DNA of 64,000 nt from Moniliella sp. 'wahieum' (Eukaryota): the NCBI GenBank assembly GCA_003971905.1, contig RSEE01000090.1:62001-126000 (forward strand), in the 5' to 3' direction. Positions 36,373 through 49,451 of the stretch are shown in pieces; within the stretch, counting starts at the first letter, position 1; every line of letters begins with the position of its first letter. The notes under the pieces were generated by a model. The model made no database searches. It saw only the letters and a program-made list of their open reading frames with translations, and was not told the origin of the DNA. The position numbers and the translations under genes are program-made.

Positions 36373-38790
36373 ATGCTGCCGCATACAACCCTCCTCTCCC
36401 TCGCCCCGCTCCTCGCGGCCACCCTCCTTGCCTCCCCCGCCCATGTCCATGCCCAGCACATGACCGTCGTCAACCCAACGCCGGCATCTCTGCCCAGATG
36501 ATGTTTCTAGGTACGTGTTTCCCTGCTGGCTCGCTACTAGTCTCTACTCCAATTGGGGGCCCAAATTTTGCCATCATACTACGAGGAGAATCTCATGTCC
36601 CGACCCGCCGCTCGGCTGTGCACGGCCCTCTTTTGTTCAAGCTCTTCACTATATAGTACTACGGATGCCTGACGAATGCAACTCTCCAGTTTCCATCCTT
36701 GCAGGCGCCGACGACAAGGTCTACATGCTGGACAAGGCCGAAAACAACCCTGCCCAAATCGATGGCCATCCCGCCTGGGCCACCAGTACAACACAGTCAC
36801 AACAACTATACCACCATGGCCGTTCGTGCCAATCCCTTTTGTGCGGGCGGGGCCGCGATGGGCGACGGCCGCTGGATCGTTACGGGCGGGAACAAGGCGG
36901 TAGGGTACCACGGAGATGCCGTACCCGAGGGTACTGCGCCCTATGATGACTACAACGGTGGTCATGCCATTCGCTTTCTCCATCCCAACGGTCAGGATGG
37001 GTCTGGTGACAGGGTGCCCGAATGGAACAGAATAGTACGGGGTTGGACAAGGAACGGTGGTACCCCTCGGTCGAGACGCTGGGGGACGGATCGGTGATTA
37101 TATTGGGTGGGATGCGCGAGTGAGTGGTTGAGGAGACCCCAATGCAACGGTGACGACGAGAGAGGGGGAGAGGAGAGGAAGGAAAATGAGACTGCCCAAA
37201 CAAATCCATTCATGTGATCTCAACAGCGGAGGCTACGTTCCTTCTCGACCTCCAACGAGCCAACGTACGAATTTTCCCGCCCCGTAATGGGGGCAAGGCA
37301 CAATACATGGATCTGCTGAATCGGACCGTGCCCCTATCGCTCTACCCGCTCACAACGCTCTTGTCCAATGGTATGCTTTTGATCCAGGCGGGATACGAAG
37401 CTGTTGTATTCAGCCTAATATCCCAGAGAGAGTACCCACTTCCCCGTGCGAGTGTGCCTCGGGTCTACCCTGCCTCAGGGGCGATGGTACTCCTTCCCCT
37501 CACGCCCGAAAATTTCTACCAGGAGACGGTTGTTGTTCTGTGGAGGGATGGAGCTGGCGTCGGAGAGTGAGTGGGGGAACGAAAGTGGGGTCAACACCTC
37601 CATCACTACCACTTCAGCAAGTACAGTGTGCGAGCAAATTTCTCCCCTAACCCGCGCGCCGCAGTGGGAACGAACCGACCCGCTTCCTAGCCCGCGCAGC
37701 ATGGGCCAATTCATCCTCCTCCCGGACGGCAAGATCTGGTTTGGCAATGGCGTTACCAAAGGTACCGCGGGGTACAATACTGATCCCAAACTCAATTGGC
37801 AAGGTACGTTTTCTTTCCGTTTCTTGCTTCATCATTACATAAAGAGTGCCTGCCTCCTGCTCGTTTCTTTGGCGGGTGAACTATGGGTGATTGGCATGGG
37901 GGCGTATGGGCTGAACGGATCTACTATGGCATGGGGACGGTCCAGCCTGTGGGACAAAGCTATGGTGATGACCCAGAGCTGGAGGTGCATGTATACGATC
38001 CCTCTGCTCCCCTGGGCGAGCGGTTTACGCCAGCAGGGCGTTTGACGACGGGAAGAATGTACCATTCCTCAGCTACGCTGTGGCCGATGGTTCGGTGCTC
38101 GTGGCTGGATCCAACCCGAATGCGGACCAATCGGACGTGCACTGGGCACGGTTCGTTCGGTTGAGCGCTGGTACCCATCCTGGTATAATCAGGAACGACC
38201 TACGTTTGAAGGGACGCTGCCCCAAACGGTTTAGCTACGGCTTACTGGACGGGGATTCACCTTGGCATTTGATTCGGCCTAACCAGGCATGAATGCTGAA
38301 GTCAAGCTGATTCGGACAGGGTTCTCGACCCATGGGATGAACAGGGCCAACGCTCTTTCACTCTCCTTCCTCGAACAGAGGAAGACGACTGGACGTAAAA
38401 CCACTGGAGGCGGACGAAAACAACATATTCCCTCCCGGTCCTGCATTGGGTTTGTGGTGGTCAATGGGGTGCCCACCATTGGCTCGCACGTCATGATCGT
38501 TGATGAAAATAGCACCATTACACCCAATGCAAAGAAGCGCATGGACATGGACATGGACCACCCCCTCAAAGCCAATCTTCATCGTTCCCACCACCGGCGC
38601 TCCTCCTGCTTGGGATCTGATGGGGATCGGGGTAGACAACAGGGGGGTTTTGGTTCTGATTTGGTTACAAATTCGCTGACGGTAGTCAAGATGGCAATTC
38701 TGGCCACACAACGGTTTCTTTTTGGCTACCACGGAAAGGACTTATGGGATACGACTATATTACACGAGATTGTCGTGAGCGGTGTTAGTG
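36373..38790 (+). CDS. Secreted copper-radical oxidase (glyoxal oxidase family, AA5_1); several introns and frameshifts, 3' end approximate
   Basis: Signal peptide MLPHTTLLSLAPLLAATLLA; SAQMMFL; DKAENNP..IDGHPAWA; catalytic-site motifs FCAGG, RWYPS, RMYHSSA, TGFSTH; VLVAGSNPN. Confidence 0.88.
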
Positions 38791-39305
38791 CTTTGGGATG
38801 TCCACGAAGATACACTCTCGACTCTTTTTTTCCGTGTTGGGGTCTCTTCTTTTTTCTACCTGTTCTCTCTCTCCAAGTCTCTTTGTTCGCTGTGTTTTGG
38901 CCAAGTGGCTTGTCAGGTTCCCAATATATGGTTCATGACGGCAGCGTCTCATTCTAAGGAGCATTTTGCAGGACAGATAACATGTGAACTGAACGTGCCG
39001 CGCGCGCGGGACAAAAGCTCACAGACTCTATGGCTGCGATAGCGTCAAGTGGTGCATTGGATGGAGCGTGATCAGAGCTAAGAGGGGGTAGTAGAATGTG
39101 GGAGAGAGAGTGAGTGCGTGCTGATGGTCACCCGGCATCATGGCAAGGGAATCGGCAAGGCATTGCCTACACAGTTTGATTTGAGGACAAGAGTGCTCGA
39201 GCAGAGGAGAGAATGGAAACGGACGTTGCAGCTGAGAGGGTTGGGGAGGAGGTAGGGAGGTGGTTAGGCGTTAGATGTTAGGTGGTAGGTGTTAGGCCTT
39301 AGACG

Positions 39306-40417
39306 TTAGGCGCCTTGGACTGTTCCGGTGTCCGAGCTGCCGAGGCTGAGGTGGCAGTGCGGACGGCCCAGGCGGAAGCCTACTTCAAAGAGGCACCAAG
39401 CAATGGGGAGGAAGCGGCCTTGCGTGCGCAGCGCAATCCAATGCCATCAAGGAAGGCGCCTGGTTCCGATGCGAGCATAGCGCGAGCTGTTTGTACCATG
39501 CCCGGTGCTCGGTATTGGGGCACCGAGCCAGCTGCCCCGCGCCCGAGGGCCCAGGGGGACGGTACGTCTGGGCGCGGGTTTTGAGCACGTCAAAGGGGTG
39601 AGTGAGGATGGTGGCTAAGGTGCCTGCTACGACGCCGGCCGAGGCCGACTGCCAAGCGAGAGCTTGGTGTGATACGGCAGCGAGACCGGAATGACTGTGT
39701 TGGGCATGGGACGCGGCCGAGGCAAGAAGACGTTTGGTATGTTGGTACAGGGCGAGGTAGAGTCCAGCATAGGGTGCGTCACGCACTGCCGTCGCGCCAA
39801 ACCCTTGCCACAGCCCACGGATTCCTTGGGTGGTGTAGATGGCACGGAGGGATCCCCAGACGGTACGGTAGGCTGAATTGTGGCCACCAAAGTGGGCGCT
39901 TTCCATTCGCGTCTTGGCCACTGTGAAGGGGGCCAAGACAAAGCCCACTGCTACCCGCATCGCCCCCCCCGTGAGCAAGTCACCCTGTGTCGTCAACCCC
40001 CCTCCCGGGCGCTTGAGAAAGGAAAGCAGCGGGAGGTGACCATGACCGATCGCGCGTCGCACCTCGGCCACCGAGGTGAGGTAGAGCGCGACGCCAGGCA
40101 CGTTGCGCACGATCGTCGGTGCTGTCCCGCCACAGCCCACGCAGTCCGTCGGTACGTACAATCTCCCCTGTCACGCGCACAATGCGCGCGGTGCGTCCCT
40201 CGAGGCGTGGGGGGCCCGCGGAGGAGCGCACGGCGCGGCGGGCATCTTCTTGCAAGCGCGTCTTGAGCAAGTCGGCGGGCTGGAGCGTGACGCAGGCCAC
40301 GAGGCCCGAGAGGGCGCCGGTAGCGAGCTTGGCGCGTGTCGAGGCCGAGGCCGCAGAGACGGTGGGCGGGGAGAGGGGGGCGGAGGCGGAGGCGGAGGTG
40401 GAGGGGGCAGATGCCAT
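39306..40417 (-). CDS. HEM25: Mitochondrial carrier, SLC25A38/HEM25-like
   Basis: Three carrier repeats: LQPADLLKTRLQ, PFTVAKTRMES, THPFDVLKTRAQ. RNVPGVALY and RDAPYAGLY are typical of the SLC25A38 clade. Confidence 0.82.
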
Positions 40418-40954
40418 GAGGAGGGAGGGGGCCGCGGAGGCAAAGGACGGCAGGCGGGACGCAACAGCGGCCGATCCATCGCCTGCTGGCTGGGCTGGGT
40501 GTCTTGGTGTTGGGAATCTCCCCGCCCTTCTCGGAACGCAGCGCCGGAATTACGTGTTTAATGAGGGCCGGCGGCCAAATGACGTCACCAGCGCAGTGCT
40601 GAGCTCAGCAATCAATTCAATATTCAGCGCGCGTTACCATTGCATCACGTGCGTCACGTGCGTGCGGTGAACCCACGGGTGAAAGTTGAAACGCAGGTGC
40701 GCTGGGCCACGTGCTCATGCATCATACACCATGCATCATGCCTGATGGGAACTTGAACGCTGATGTTGAACGTTCAATCATGCATCAATGCCCGTGGGCA
40801 TCACAGCCCCCCTGCCCCGCGCCCCAAGGCGGGCAGCAGTAGGGTTGGCTGCTCTGCGCTGGGCGCTTATCATCGCCTCTCGCCTCCGCCCGCCGCCCCC
40901 TGTCGAGCTAACCCCACCCCCCCCCACCACCTGCCTCCCGCGCCCCTCTTCCCC

Positions 40955-41331
40955 ATGCGATCAAGTTTAAGGAGGAGCACACTTCGAGAAGCGCCAGGCC
41001 GAGGCGCAGCGCATCCGCGCCAAGTACCCCACCGCATCCCCGTCATCTGCGAAAAGGCAGACAAGACCGACATCCCGACGATTGACAAGAAAAAGTACTT
41101 GGTCCCTAGCGACCTGACCGTGGGGCAGTTTGTCTATGTCATCCGCAAGCGCATTCGCCTTGCGCCCGAGAAGGCCATTTTCATCTTTGTCGACGACGTC
41201 TTGCCTGCCACAGCCGCCCTGATGAGCGCCATCTACGACGAGCACCGCGACGAGGATGGCTTTCTCTACGTCTCGTACAGTGGGGAGAATGTGTTTGGCG
41301 AAGCGGTGGACGACGCATCAATCCCAGTTTG
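40955..41331 (+). CDS. ATG8: Autophagy ubiquitin-like protein Atg8 (final codons probably follow an intron starting at 41332)
   Basis: [41 protein letters not shown]...[15 protein letters not shown]. Two homopolymer frameshifts near the start. Confidence 0.97.
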
Positions 41332-42230
41332 GTATGTCCCACCTCCCACTTACCCCTCCTGTTCTCCTTCTCCCTCTTGTTACTTGTCCTCGTTCCCTGT
41401 TCACCGTCTCTGGTCTCGCTTGTTTGTTTGGTTAAGGTGGGCTAACCAGGATCTGACAGATGTCCCGCCTGTCCTTTGGTCCCTGTTGGGCATGCGCCCC
41501 AAGGCTGTGCTTACCCCCTTTTTCCGCCTTCCTTTCAGCCCGAAGCTCTTTTGTTTGTACCATGTACCCTTTTCTCCTTGCCTTGTGGCGGATGTGTCGC
41601 CCGGGCGGAGATACGACCCCGTGTGGATGGTGGACATGCCATGCGACCCTGTTGCAACGTTCCGCGTTACTACCCTACCTTGACATAGCTGAGTGCTGAC
41701 AGCTTCCAACTATGGACTGGCCTACCCATCCAACCAACCAGCCAATTACGCTGCCATACTCTGCGGCATACCATGCTAATGCGCGATCGGGCGTGGAGAG
41801 GCGCTGTAGAAACCAGGAGGTGAGGGCATGTGTAGCGCGTTGTGGTCTAACCCACTCTCAGATCTCATCGATCTCCTCAAGCCTCGTATTGAGGTTACAC
41901 GCCAAGGGCAGGAGGTGCACACCCTGCGGGGCACAGTGAAGGTCAGTTGGCGCCTGAGGCCTGGTGCCTCAGCGAGTGGATCGAGTTGCATCGTTCCCAC
42001 TCGTCCGGCACAGCGGGGGACGCTGCGGATGAGAGGGAAGGAGTTCTGTTGGAGATGGGGGGAAGGTCATACCACATGGACCAGAATTAGGTTGTGGGCT
42101 TCGATCGTTGTGGGAGATGCCAAGAGCAAGGAAGATGGGCGGCGGGCCATGTGGTCGACGAAGCGGGCATGCTGAGTTGGAAGCGGTGGGAATGAAAGGC
42201 AGGGCCTGGGGCGGGAACTGCCAAAAAAAG

Positions 42231-42319
42231 GGGGTCCGCCCGGGATCGAACCGAGGACCACCTCTACGAGTCTAATCAAGAAACCCTAAAGAGGCATGAT
42301 ACCACTACACCACGAACCC
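42231..42319 (-). tRNA. tRNA-Pro(AGG) with 17-nt intron
   Basis: GGGTTCG TGGTGTAGTGGTATCATG CCTCT TT AGG G [tttcttgattagactcg] T AGAGG TGGTC CTCGG TTCGATC CCGGG CGGACCC C. Mature length 72 nt, followed by a T7 Pol III terminator. Confidence 0.95.
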
Positions 42320-42497
42320 ACGTTAATGTCACACGATTATCTCGAGTATTTCCAAGTGCCTTTGTCCTGGCTCGATAAGCGGGTGCTTGATCATCATATG
42401 ATCGATCGGTCATCGCTGCCACAACCCACCGATCTGCCCCTCAGCTGACGGTCACCACAGCAGCTAGTCCCCGACGCGCCCTAACCCCACCACGTCC

Positions 42498-44642
42498 ATG
42501 CCTCCCTCGCTCACTCCGCCCCCTGTGCCGAAGACGATCAAGGTGGCCGTGATCGGCGGCGGCCCTGCTGGCATCGTCGCGCTTAAGACGCTACTCGAAG
42601 GCCCCAGCAAGCCTCTGGCCAACGTGCCTTCGCCCGCGTGGAAGCCGTTCTGTTTGAGGCAGAGGACGAGTTGGGAGGAACGTTCCGCTACCGGCAGTAC
42701 GAAAATGGGACCCTCGTGTCCAGCAGCTTTCTTACCTGTTTCTCTGACTTTCGGCATTGGCGTTCGTCTGGCCATCAGCCCCATCCTCCTCCCAGCCCGG
42801 GGAGTGGGAGCGGCACAGTCCGGACCATATGACGATGGAAGAGTATGTGGCGTACCTCGAAGCGTATGTCGAGCACTTTCACCTTCGTGACAAGAGCGAT
42901 GTCCGGACCCACACCCGTGTGGTCAGCGTGGACAAAGTTCCGATACAGGGTGGACACCTTCACCGGCTTACCTCGCGGGATACCCACACGGGCGAAGAAC
43001 GGACAGAAGAGTTTACCCCCTTGCCATCTGCTCGGGATTGCACGTGACGCCCTCTGTCCCATCCATTCCGGGGCTGCCCGTGCCGCTGGGTGCGAGGTGA
43101 AAGACGCGCCTGTGCTCCTGGACGATGCGGGGCGGAACTTGCGCATTCGCGGGTATGGGTGGAGCAGACCCTGAGCCCTGCCCAAACGGACATTGTGGCG
43201 ATTCACTCGAGCGCGTACAAGGACGGCAAGGTGCTCCAAGGAAAGCGGGTGATGATCCTGGGTACAGGGGAGACGGGGATGGACCTGGCGTATGCGGCTG
43301 TTAAGGCCCGGCCAAGGAGATTGTCCTCTGTACCCGAGGAGGTTTCCTCTCTTTTCCTGCGGTACTACAAGATTTTCGCGTGCTGGGGGTAACGTTTGAT
43401 GGTGCGTTGCCGATTGATACGCTGATCACAGCGCTGTTTGAAGCGGTGTTGGTGCACCGGTTTTGCGGGCAAGTCGGTTGCGTTGGTTTTGAGCGACTTT
43501 ATGATCCGGTTTGTGCTCTGGTTTTTGACGGGCACCCAAGCCGGGTGCAACCAATGGGTCGGCTCGCCCCCCCCGAGCGGCTCGGGCGGGCGTACACCTT
43601 CTCAACAAGTCGGCCCGAGCGATGCCCTACATCAATCGCGGATGGAAGCACAGGAGCAAGCTGATGGAGAGCATTGCCAGCTATCTCGACCCACCTTCGT
43701 ACGCGGCGAGTGAGCCGGCGGTCGCACTTTCTTCTTTCCCTGCGCGTATCAGCGCCGATGGTTCGGTGGTCTGGCGTGACACGGGACGGGAAGAGGCCAC
43801 GTTTATGCGGGAGCATTATACTGCGTTTCGACCCGAGGTGGTGTTGTATGCGACGGGATACCAGCACCAGTTTGACTTTTTGAGCGCCAGCTACGCTGTG
43901 CCGACCAATCCTATCGATGCCAAGGATTTGTGAGGGATTTGTTTAGCCACCGATCCACGGTGGCCTTTATCGGCTTTGTCCGGCCCGGGTGGGCGCGATC
44001 CCGCCGCTAGCGGAACTGCAGGCACAGCTTTGGACCTGATTGTGCGTGGGCAGCTGTCGGCGCAAGGGTGGGACCGCCTGCAAGGGTGGGGCTGGGCAGT
44101 ACGAGTTGATTGTGCCGGATGCGCAAGCGCGGATCACCCACGGGGTGGACCATTCGGCCTACTCGGTGACATTGGCCAACGATATGGGGGCGGTACCGAG
44201 TGTAGCGGAGCTACTCCGGCGATTTGGACTGTATACGAGGGGGGTGTTTTGTCTCGCTGCCACGTTTCCTACGCTCTACCGTCTTACGGGCCGTACGAGT
44301 GGGAAGGGGCAGCAAGGTAGCCAACACGGAGCTGGCATCGTCGATTGGTCGGCGCGGTGGGTGGGGAACGTGGTGATGGGGGTGATCCCTATGTGCTTCT
44401 ACGCACTGGTGAATCTACTGGCGCTGGTGGTGGAAGGACTGGTGCGTCTGGCGGTGCAACTGGGGCTAGTCGAGTCGGTCGAGAAGGTGGAACTACGGTT
44501 GAGCCAGTGGGCGGGCTCGTGGCGCGCTTGGGACGAGGGCGGCCTGACCAAGCCCATCTCGCCTGCGCGACAGCAGACGCTGAGGGAGGGTGGGTTCCAT
44601 GCATTGGGCTTTGCCCAGCGCCGAGTACCACCAGCTGTTTGA
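42498..44642 (+). CDS. Flavin-containing monooxygenase (FMO-like), frameshifted
   Basis: VAVIGGGPAG (FAD site), FEAEDELGGTF, IHSSAYK, MILGTGETGMDLA (NADPH site), LYATGY, hydrophobic C-terminus. Confidence 0.88.
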
Positions 44643-45371
44643 CCAATCAGGCCCTCTAAGTAGTGACCAACCGTGTACGTCTCCTCTGGTAAGTCTCCTG
44701 TTGCAGAAGGGCGAGAGCAATCAACCGACCATTTAGAGTACATAACCGACATGACCCCTCGCTAGTCCACCAAAGCAATCTGTTTGACAATAGAGACGGG
44801 CAAGCCACAACATGGGGGCCAAGCGACAGTAGCGTGTGGGCTGTACTACTTCGCCATGCCGCGAGCCCCAAAGAAGGAGCGAGGATTGGGGACAGGAGGC
44901 AAATCCCGCCCAGGGTGATGGGCTTGGCGTCGTAGAGTGGGTTAAGCTAAGCCAGGCGCGCTGTTGGAAGCGGCTGAGGCCACCATAGATATCTAGGCTA
45001 GTACGCAGCATCATAACCTCTTCCATCCACAAAAGGTTTGCAGTGGAAAATTTGCTGTAAAGTACCCGATTGAGTACCCCGAGACCGGTGAGCTGAGTGA
45101 TTGCCGGTGTGATATGCGATAGCCTGTGATCATGTGATGCATGTTTGCATCATGGTAGCCTCGGCCGAAAGGATATTTTGAGTACTTCCTGCTGCATGTT
45201 AAGTCCGCTGCTCGCTAGCACGCCATCCGACAGCCACCGGCCACCCCTCCTCGCCTCTCCGGACCCGATGGCCGTCGAGATGGGCAGGTTCAGAGTGCTG
45301 GAGGCATGGAGAGCTAGCCATCCTGTCCCCTATCTTGCGCGCCCACCACCCCCGCCTCTACCACTTGCACC

Positions 45372-47341
45372 ATGTCCCTTCCCTTGGCACGCGCGGTCCG
45401 CTTCCGCTGCGAGCCAGGTGTGCCCTCTCGCTGCTCCAGCGCGACTCGCCTCTGTGGGTCCCCCCAGCTCGCCCAGTACACCCCCATGACAGCCACATTG
45501 GCGGCCACCACTCCCCACGGCACAGCCCGCAGAGCAAGGTAGGCTTTACACCTGCGGTCTCCTCGCCTCTGGGCGTCTGTTCGGTGGGTACTTCCTCGCC
45601 GTCGTTCCCCTGTGTGAACGCCAATGCCGAACGGGAAGCGCGGCTGCGTTCCCAAGGTCTGCACTGTTTGCCTGCGCGTGTTGGTCCGGGGGACAGCGAC
45701 CCGATTCTAGGAGACAATGCGACGACCCAGACGCCCAACAAGGAACCCAGCTACACGTCCAACCATTCGGGGTACCAGACTTACCTCCATACCCAGCCGT
45801 ATCGACTGGACTATGGCGGCGTTCTGCCGCAGTTCCAACTTGCGTACGAGACGTGGGGGCAGCTGAATGAGGCGCGAGACAATGTGGTGCTTCTGCATAC
45901 AGGCTTAAGTGCCAGTTCGCATGCCGCTTCGTCCGAGGCCAATCCTTCGCGGGGCTGGTGGGAGGATTTTTTAGGCCCAGGCAAGGCGGTGGACACGACC
46001 AAGTACTTTGTCATTTGTACTAACGTCCTAGGTGGATGCTATGGAAGTACCGGACCCTCTTCGCCCTACCCTGCGCCAGCTGGCTCAACTGAATCCGGTG
46101 CCTGGGGCACGCGCTTCCCCATCCTCAGTCTGTTCGATATGGTGCGAGCCCAATTTCTCCTCCTCGACTCGTTGGGCATCAAGCAGGTGTACGCCAGTGT
46201 GGGCAGCAGCATGGGTGGGATGCAGAGTATTGCGGCGGCCCACTTGTTTCCTGAGCGGGTAGAACGAGTGGTGAGTATTAGTGGTTGTGCGCGTTCGGGA
46301 CCGGCGAGCGTGGCGCTTCGGTACGCGCAACGAAGTGTGCTTATGGCCGATCCCAATTGGCAACCGGCTTTTACTATGGTCCGGGTCAGATCCCCCCGCA
46401 CACGGGGATGAAGTTGGCGCGGCAAATCGCGACGATTACTTACCGCAGTGGGCCAGAGTGGGAGCAGCGATTTGGACGGCGTCGTCGAAGAGCAGCTACC
46501 CAAAGGGACGTGGCCGCACCCGCCCCTTTGCCTACCCACTCGACCACGCCAGCGACGATGCGGCGCGCTTGGCCGAGCAGGAGGCACCGTTTGAATCGGA
46601 CCGCGTTGTGCCCTGATTTCTTGATTGAGACCTACCTCGACCACCAGGGAGAATCGTTTTGCTTAAAGTACGATGCCAACTCGCTGATCTATGTGAGCAA
46701 GGCAATGGACTTGTTTGACATGAGCGATTATGCGCTGCGCGACCTCGATCGACGAAAAGAGATGCGGCGCAAAATCGAAGAGGGCATGCCATCGGAGCAA
46801 GCGGTAGCAGAGATGCAACGGCAAGCGCAGGAGGAAACGGGGAAGAAGAGCAAGAGCAGGACTTTGCTCTGTCTTCCTCCTCCCCCTCGCGCCACCGTCG
46901 TCAACACATCTCAACCCTCACCTCCCTGCTGCGCATGCGTATGTCCGGCCTTGGCCCGCGGCCTGGCCAACTTGCGCGCCACGCCAACGCTTGTCATTGG
47001 CGTCCAGTCCGACGTGCTCTTCCCCGTTGGCCAGCAACGTGAACTGGCCGAATGTCTCCGCATGATTGGCAACGACAGGGTGAGCTATTACGAGCTGGAC
47101 CCCCCTATGGCCACGATAGTTTCTGTATGTACCTCTTTCTCTCCAGTGGCCATCCCTTACGAGTTGAAACGGCACCTGTCTTGTTGCTCTGGCATGCTCG
47201 TATGCTGACCGTGGGTTTCCAGTCTCGACGTGGCTTCTGTTGGCACGACTGTGCGTGGTTTCTTGGGGTGAGTGCTGGCCGATCGCGCACCCCCGGCTAT
47301 CTGTATACGACCGCCTCTGGGACATTGGATCTACAGTGTAA
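45372..47341 (+). CDS. MetX-family acyltransferase, Cys2/serine O-succinyltransferase-like clade (ends approximate)
   Basis: [104 protein letters not shown]. Confidence 0.85.
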
Positions 47342-49237
47342 CATGCAATGGATAGTCGCCGGGGCGAAGCGACGGAGATGACTCAAGCTGAATACGTGAG
47401 TGGGGATGGGCGGAAAGCATCCCGACCGTAGAAGTATACCCCAGCCAGCCACCGTCCATAGCCGAGGAGGTGCGCGGAGCCCCGCAGCAGCCCAGCCCCC
47501 AATACTCAGTCCCCTCGGTTGCACCGATCCCAAGACACTGTCGATGCGTGCGCCCCAGCCCCCAACCAGCGACTGATTCGATTACCGTTACCAGTTACCC
47601 CAGTACTCAGCCCCCCACCGGCCCAGCCGCACTCCGGCTGCCGGGTCCTCCTTGCCGTCTCCTCCCGAAATACATCCCCTCTACTTCCCCGCGCTTCTCC
47701 CTGCTTTCCCTCGCCTCCCCCCTCCGTCCCCACTGGCATCTCCGCCGGCACCACAAGCATAAGCATGAGCACGAGCAACGCCCCCCGCGCAACAGGAGCC
47801 GCGCGCGCCGAGCAAGGTGCGCTGGTGTGGACCCCAAGCCGCTGGCCCAAACGGCACCGGGCGTCTACTCCACTACATCCAGCAGCACCATGGCATCCAT
47901 CTTTCGTCGTACGACGAGTTGTGGCGCTGGTCCGTGGCGCAGCCAGCTCTGTTCTGGGAATGTGTATGGGACCATGTGGGCATTTTGTCGTCGCGGCGCT
48001 GGGACAGTGCTGTGGCGGGAGCTGCGCGTGGCCTGGTCCAGCCTGGGGAGGGCATGACTGACCCGATCGATCCGCGTCCACCGCTCTTCCCCCGCCACGC
48101 TGGTTCAGCGGAAGCGAGCTGAACTTTGCTGAGAATTGCTGCGGTACTGCTCGCCCGGGCAGGCGGGGCGGGACAAGTTGGCGCTGGTATCTGCGAGCGA
48201 GGGCCGTGCTGGGCGACAAGGTGACCAGTGCTTTACCCGTGCCGAGTTGTGGGAGCAAGTGGGCAAAGTGAAGGACGCACTGGACGCAATGGGCGTCCGA
48301 CCGGGCGACCGAGTAGCAAGTTATGCCATCAACATTGCAAGTAACTTGATTGCCTTTCTTGCCGCCTCGGCGCTGGGTGCGATTTGGGTGTCGGCCGCTG
48401 CTGATTTGGCGCCCGACGCGTACTCGACCGTTTGGCCACCGTTCGTCCAAGGTCTTGTTTGCCGTCACGTCGGCGCCGTACGCAGGCAAGGTTCATGACC
48501 ACCTGGCCAAGGTGGACGATGTGGTCAGCCGCCTGGTGGCGCTCCCGCCTGTGCAGGAGGCCCAGCAAGGCCACGGCCTCGAGGACGTTCCGCCCGGCCT
48601 GTGCTGTTCGCCCCAAGACAAATTGCAAACGGTGGTGCTGATGGAAGATGTCGCAGTTCGGTGCCGCTTACTACGTTGGTCCAAGAGCGGGATGGGCGGG
48701 ACGGGGTGCAGTATGCGGGGTGGGACGCGCTTCTGAGCTCGAGTTCGTTTGACCAGCACCACCCGATCCAATTTACGCCTGTCGAGTTCAACTTTCCTTT
48801 GTGGATATTGTTTTCGAGTGGGACGACCGGGGTGCCCAAGGCGATCGTGCACCGGAGTGGAGGGATGCTGTTGCAAGCTGCCAAGGAACACTTGATCCAG
48901 GGCGACCTGAATGAGGACGATGTATTTTTCTACTACACCTCGGTGGGTTGGATGATGTGGAACTGGAGCATCAGCGCACTTCTTTCGGGGGCCACGGTGG
49001 TGCTGTACAATGGGGCACCGTTGTCGCCGGTGGGGGTGCTATGGGACTTGGTCAACCGATGGGGCGTAACTGTGTTTGGTACGTCGGCAGCGTACCTCTC
49101 CTTCCTTGCTGGGAGCGGGTACGTTCCGCGCAAAGTTTATCCCAACCTGAAAGTCCACACTGTCCTCTCCACCGCCAGCCCGCTCCGGGCCGACCTGTAC
49201 CCGTTTATCCAAGACGCGATTGGGGATGTGCTGATTG

Positions 49238-49397
49238 TGTTGACATCCGTCCTAGGACCGCGCGGACCCTGAGTCACGTGAGTCAGCTTTCATTCCTTCC
49301 GAGCTCGCACCAGTCTTCTGGACGAGTCAGTCGCAGAAGCTTCTTAGTCCAATACGACGTTCAGTGCTCACATTCTGTGGTAGTAGCGAGGCCGACA
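49238..49397 (+). repeat. 5' LTR (160 bp)
   Basis: tgttgacatcc...gaggccgaca, repeated at 54135. Confidence 0.97.
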
Positions 49398-49451
49398 GAG
49401 TTACATCCTTATCTGCTCATCCCTGAGCTGGCCAAAACTACACCCACAACC

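Noticed and set aside
16932..47341. Programmed frameshifting or mass pseudogenisation of housekeeping genes
   Set aside because: The breaks inspected are single-base homopolymer deletions in conserved genes, typical of long-read errors.
48948..49451. N-terminal extension of the 583-aa ORF as part of Gag
   Set aside because: It runs through an alternative frame of the AACS exon and the 5' LTR. Gag most plausibly starts at ATG 49452.
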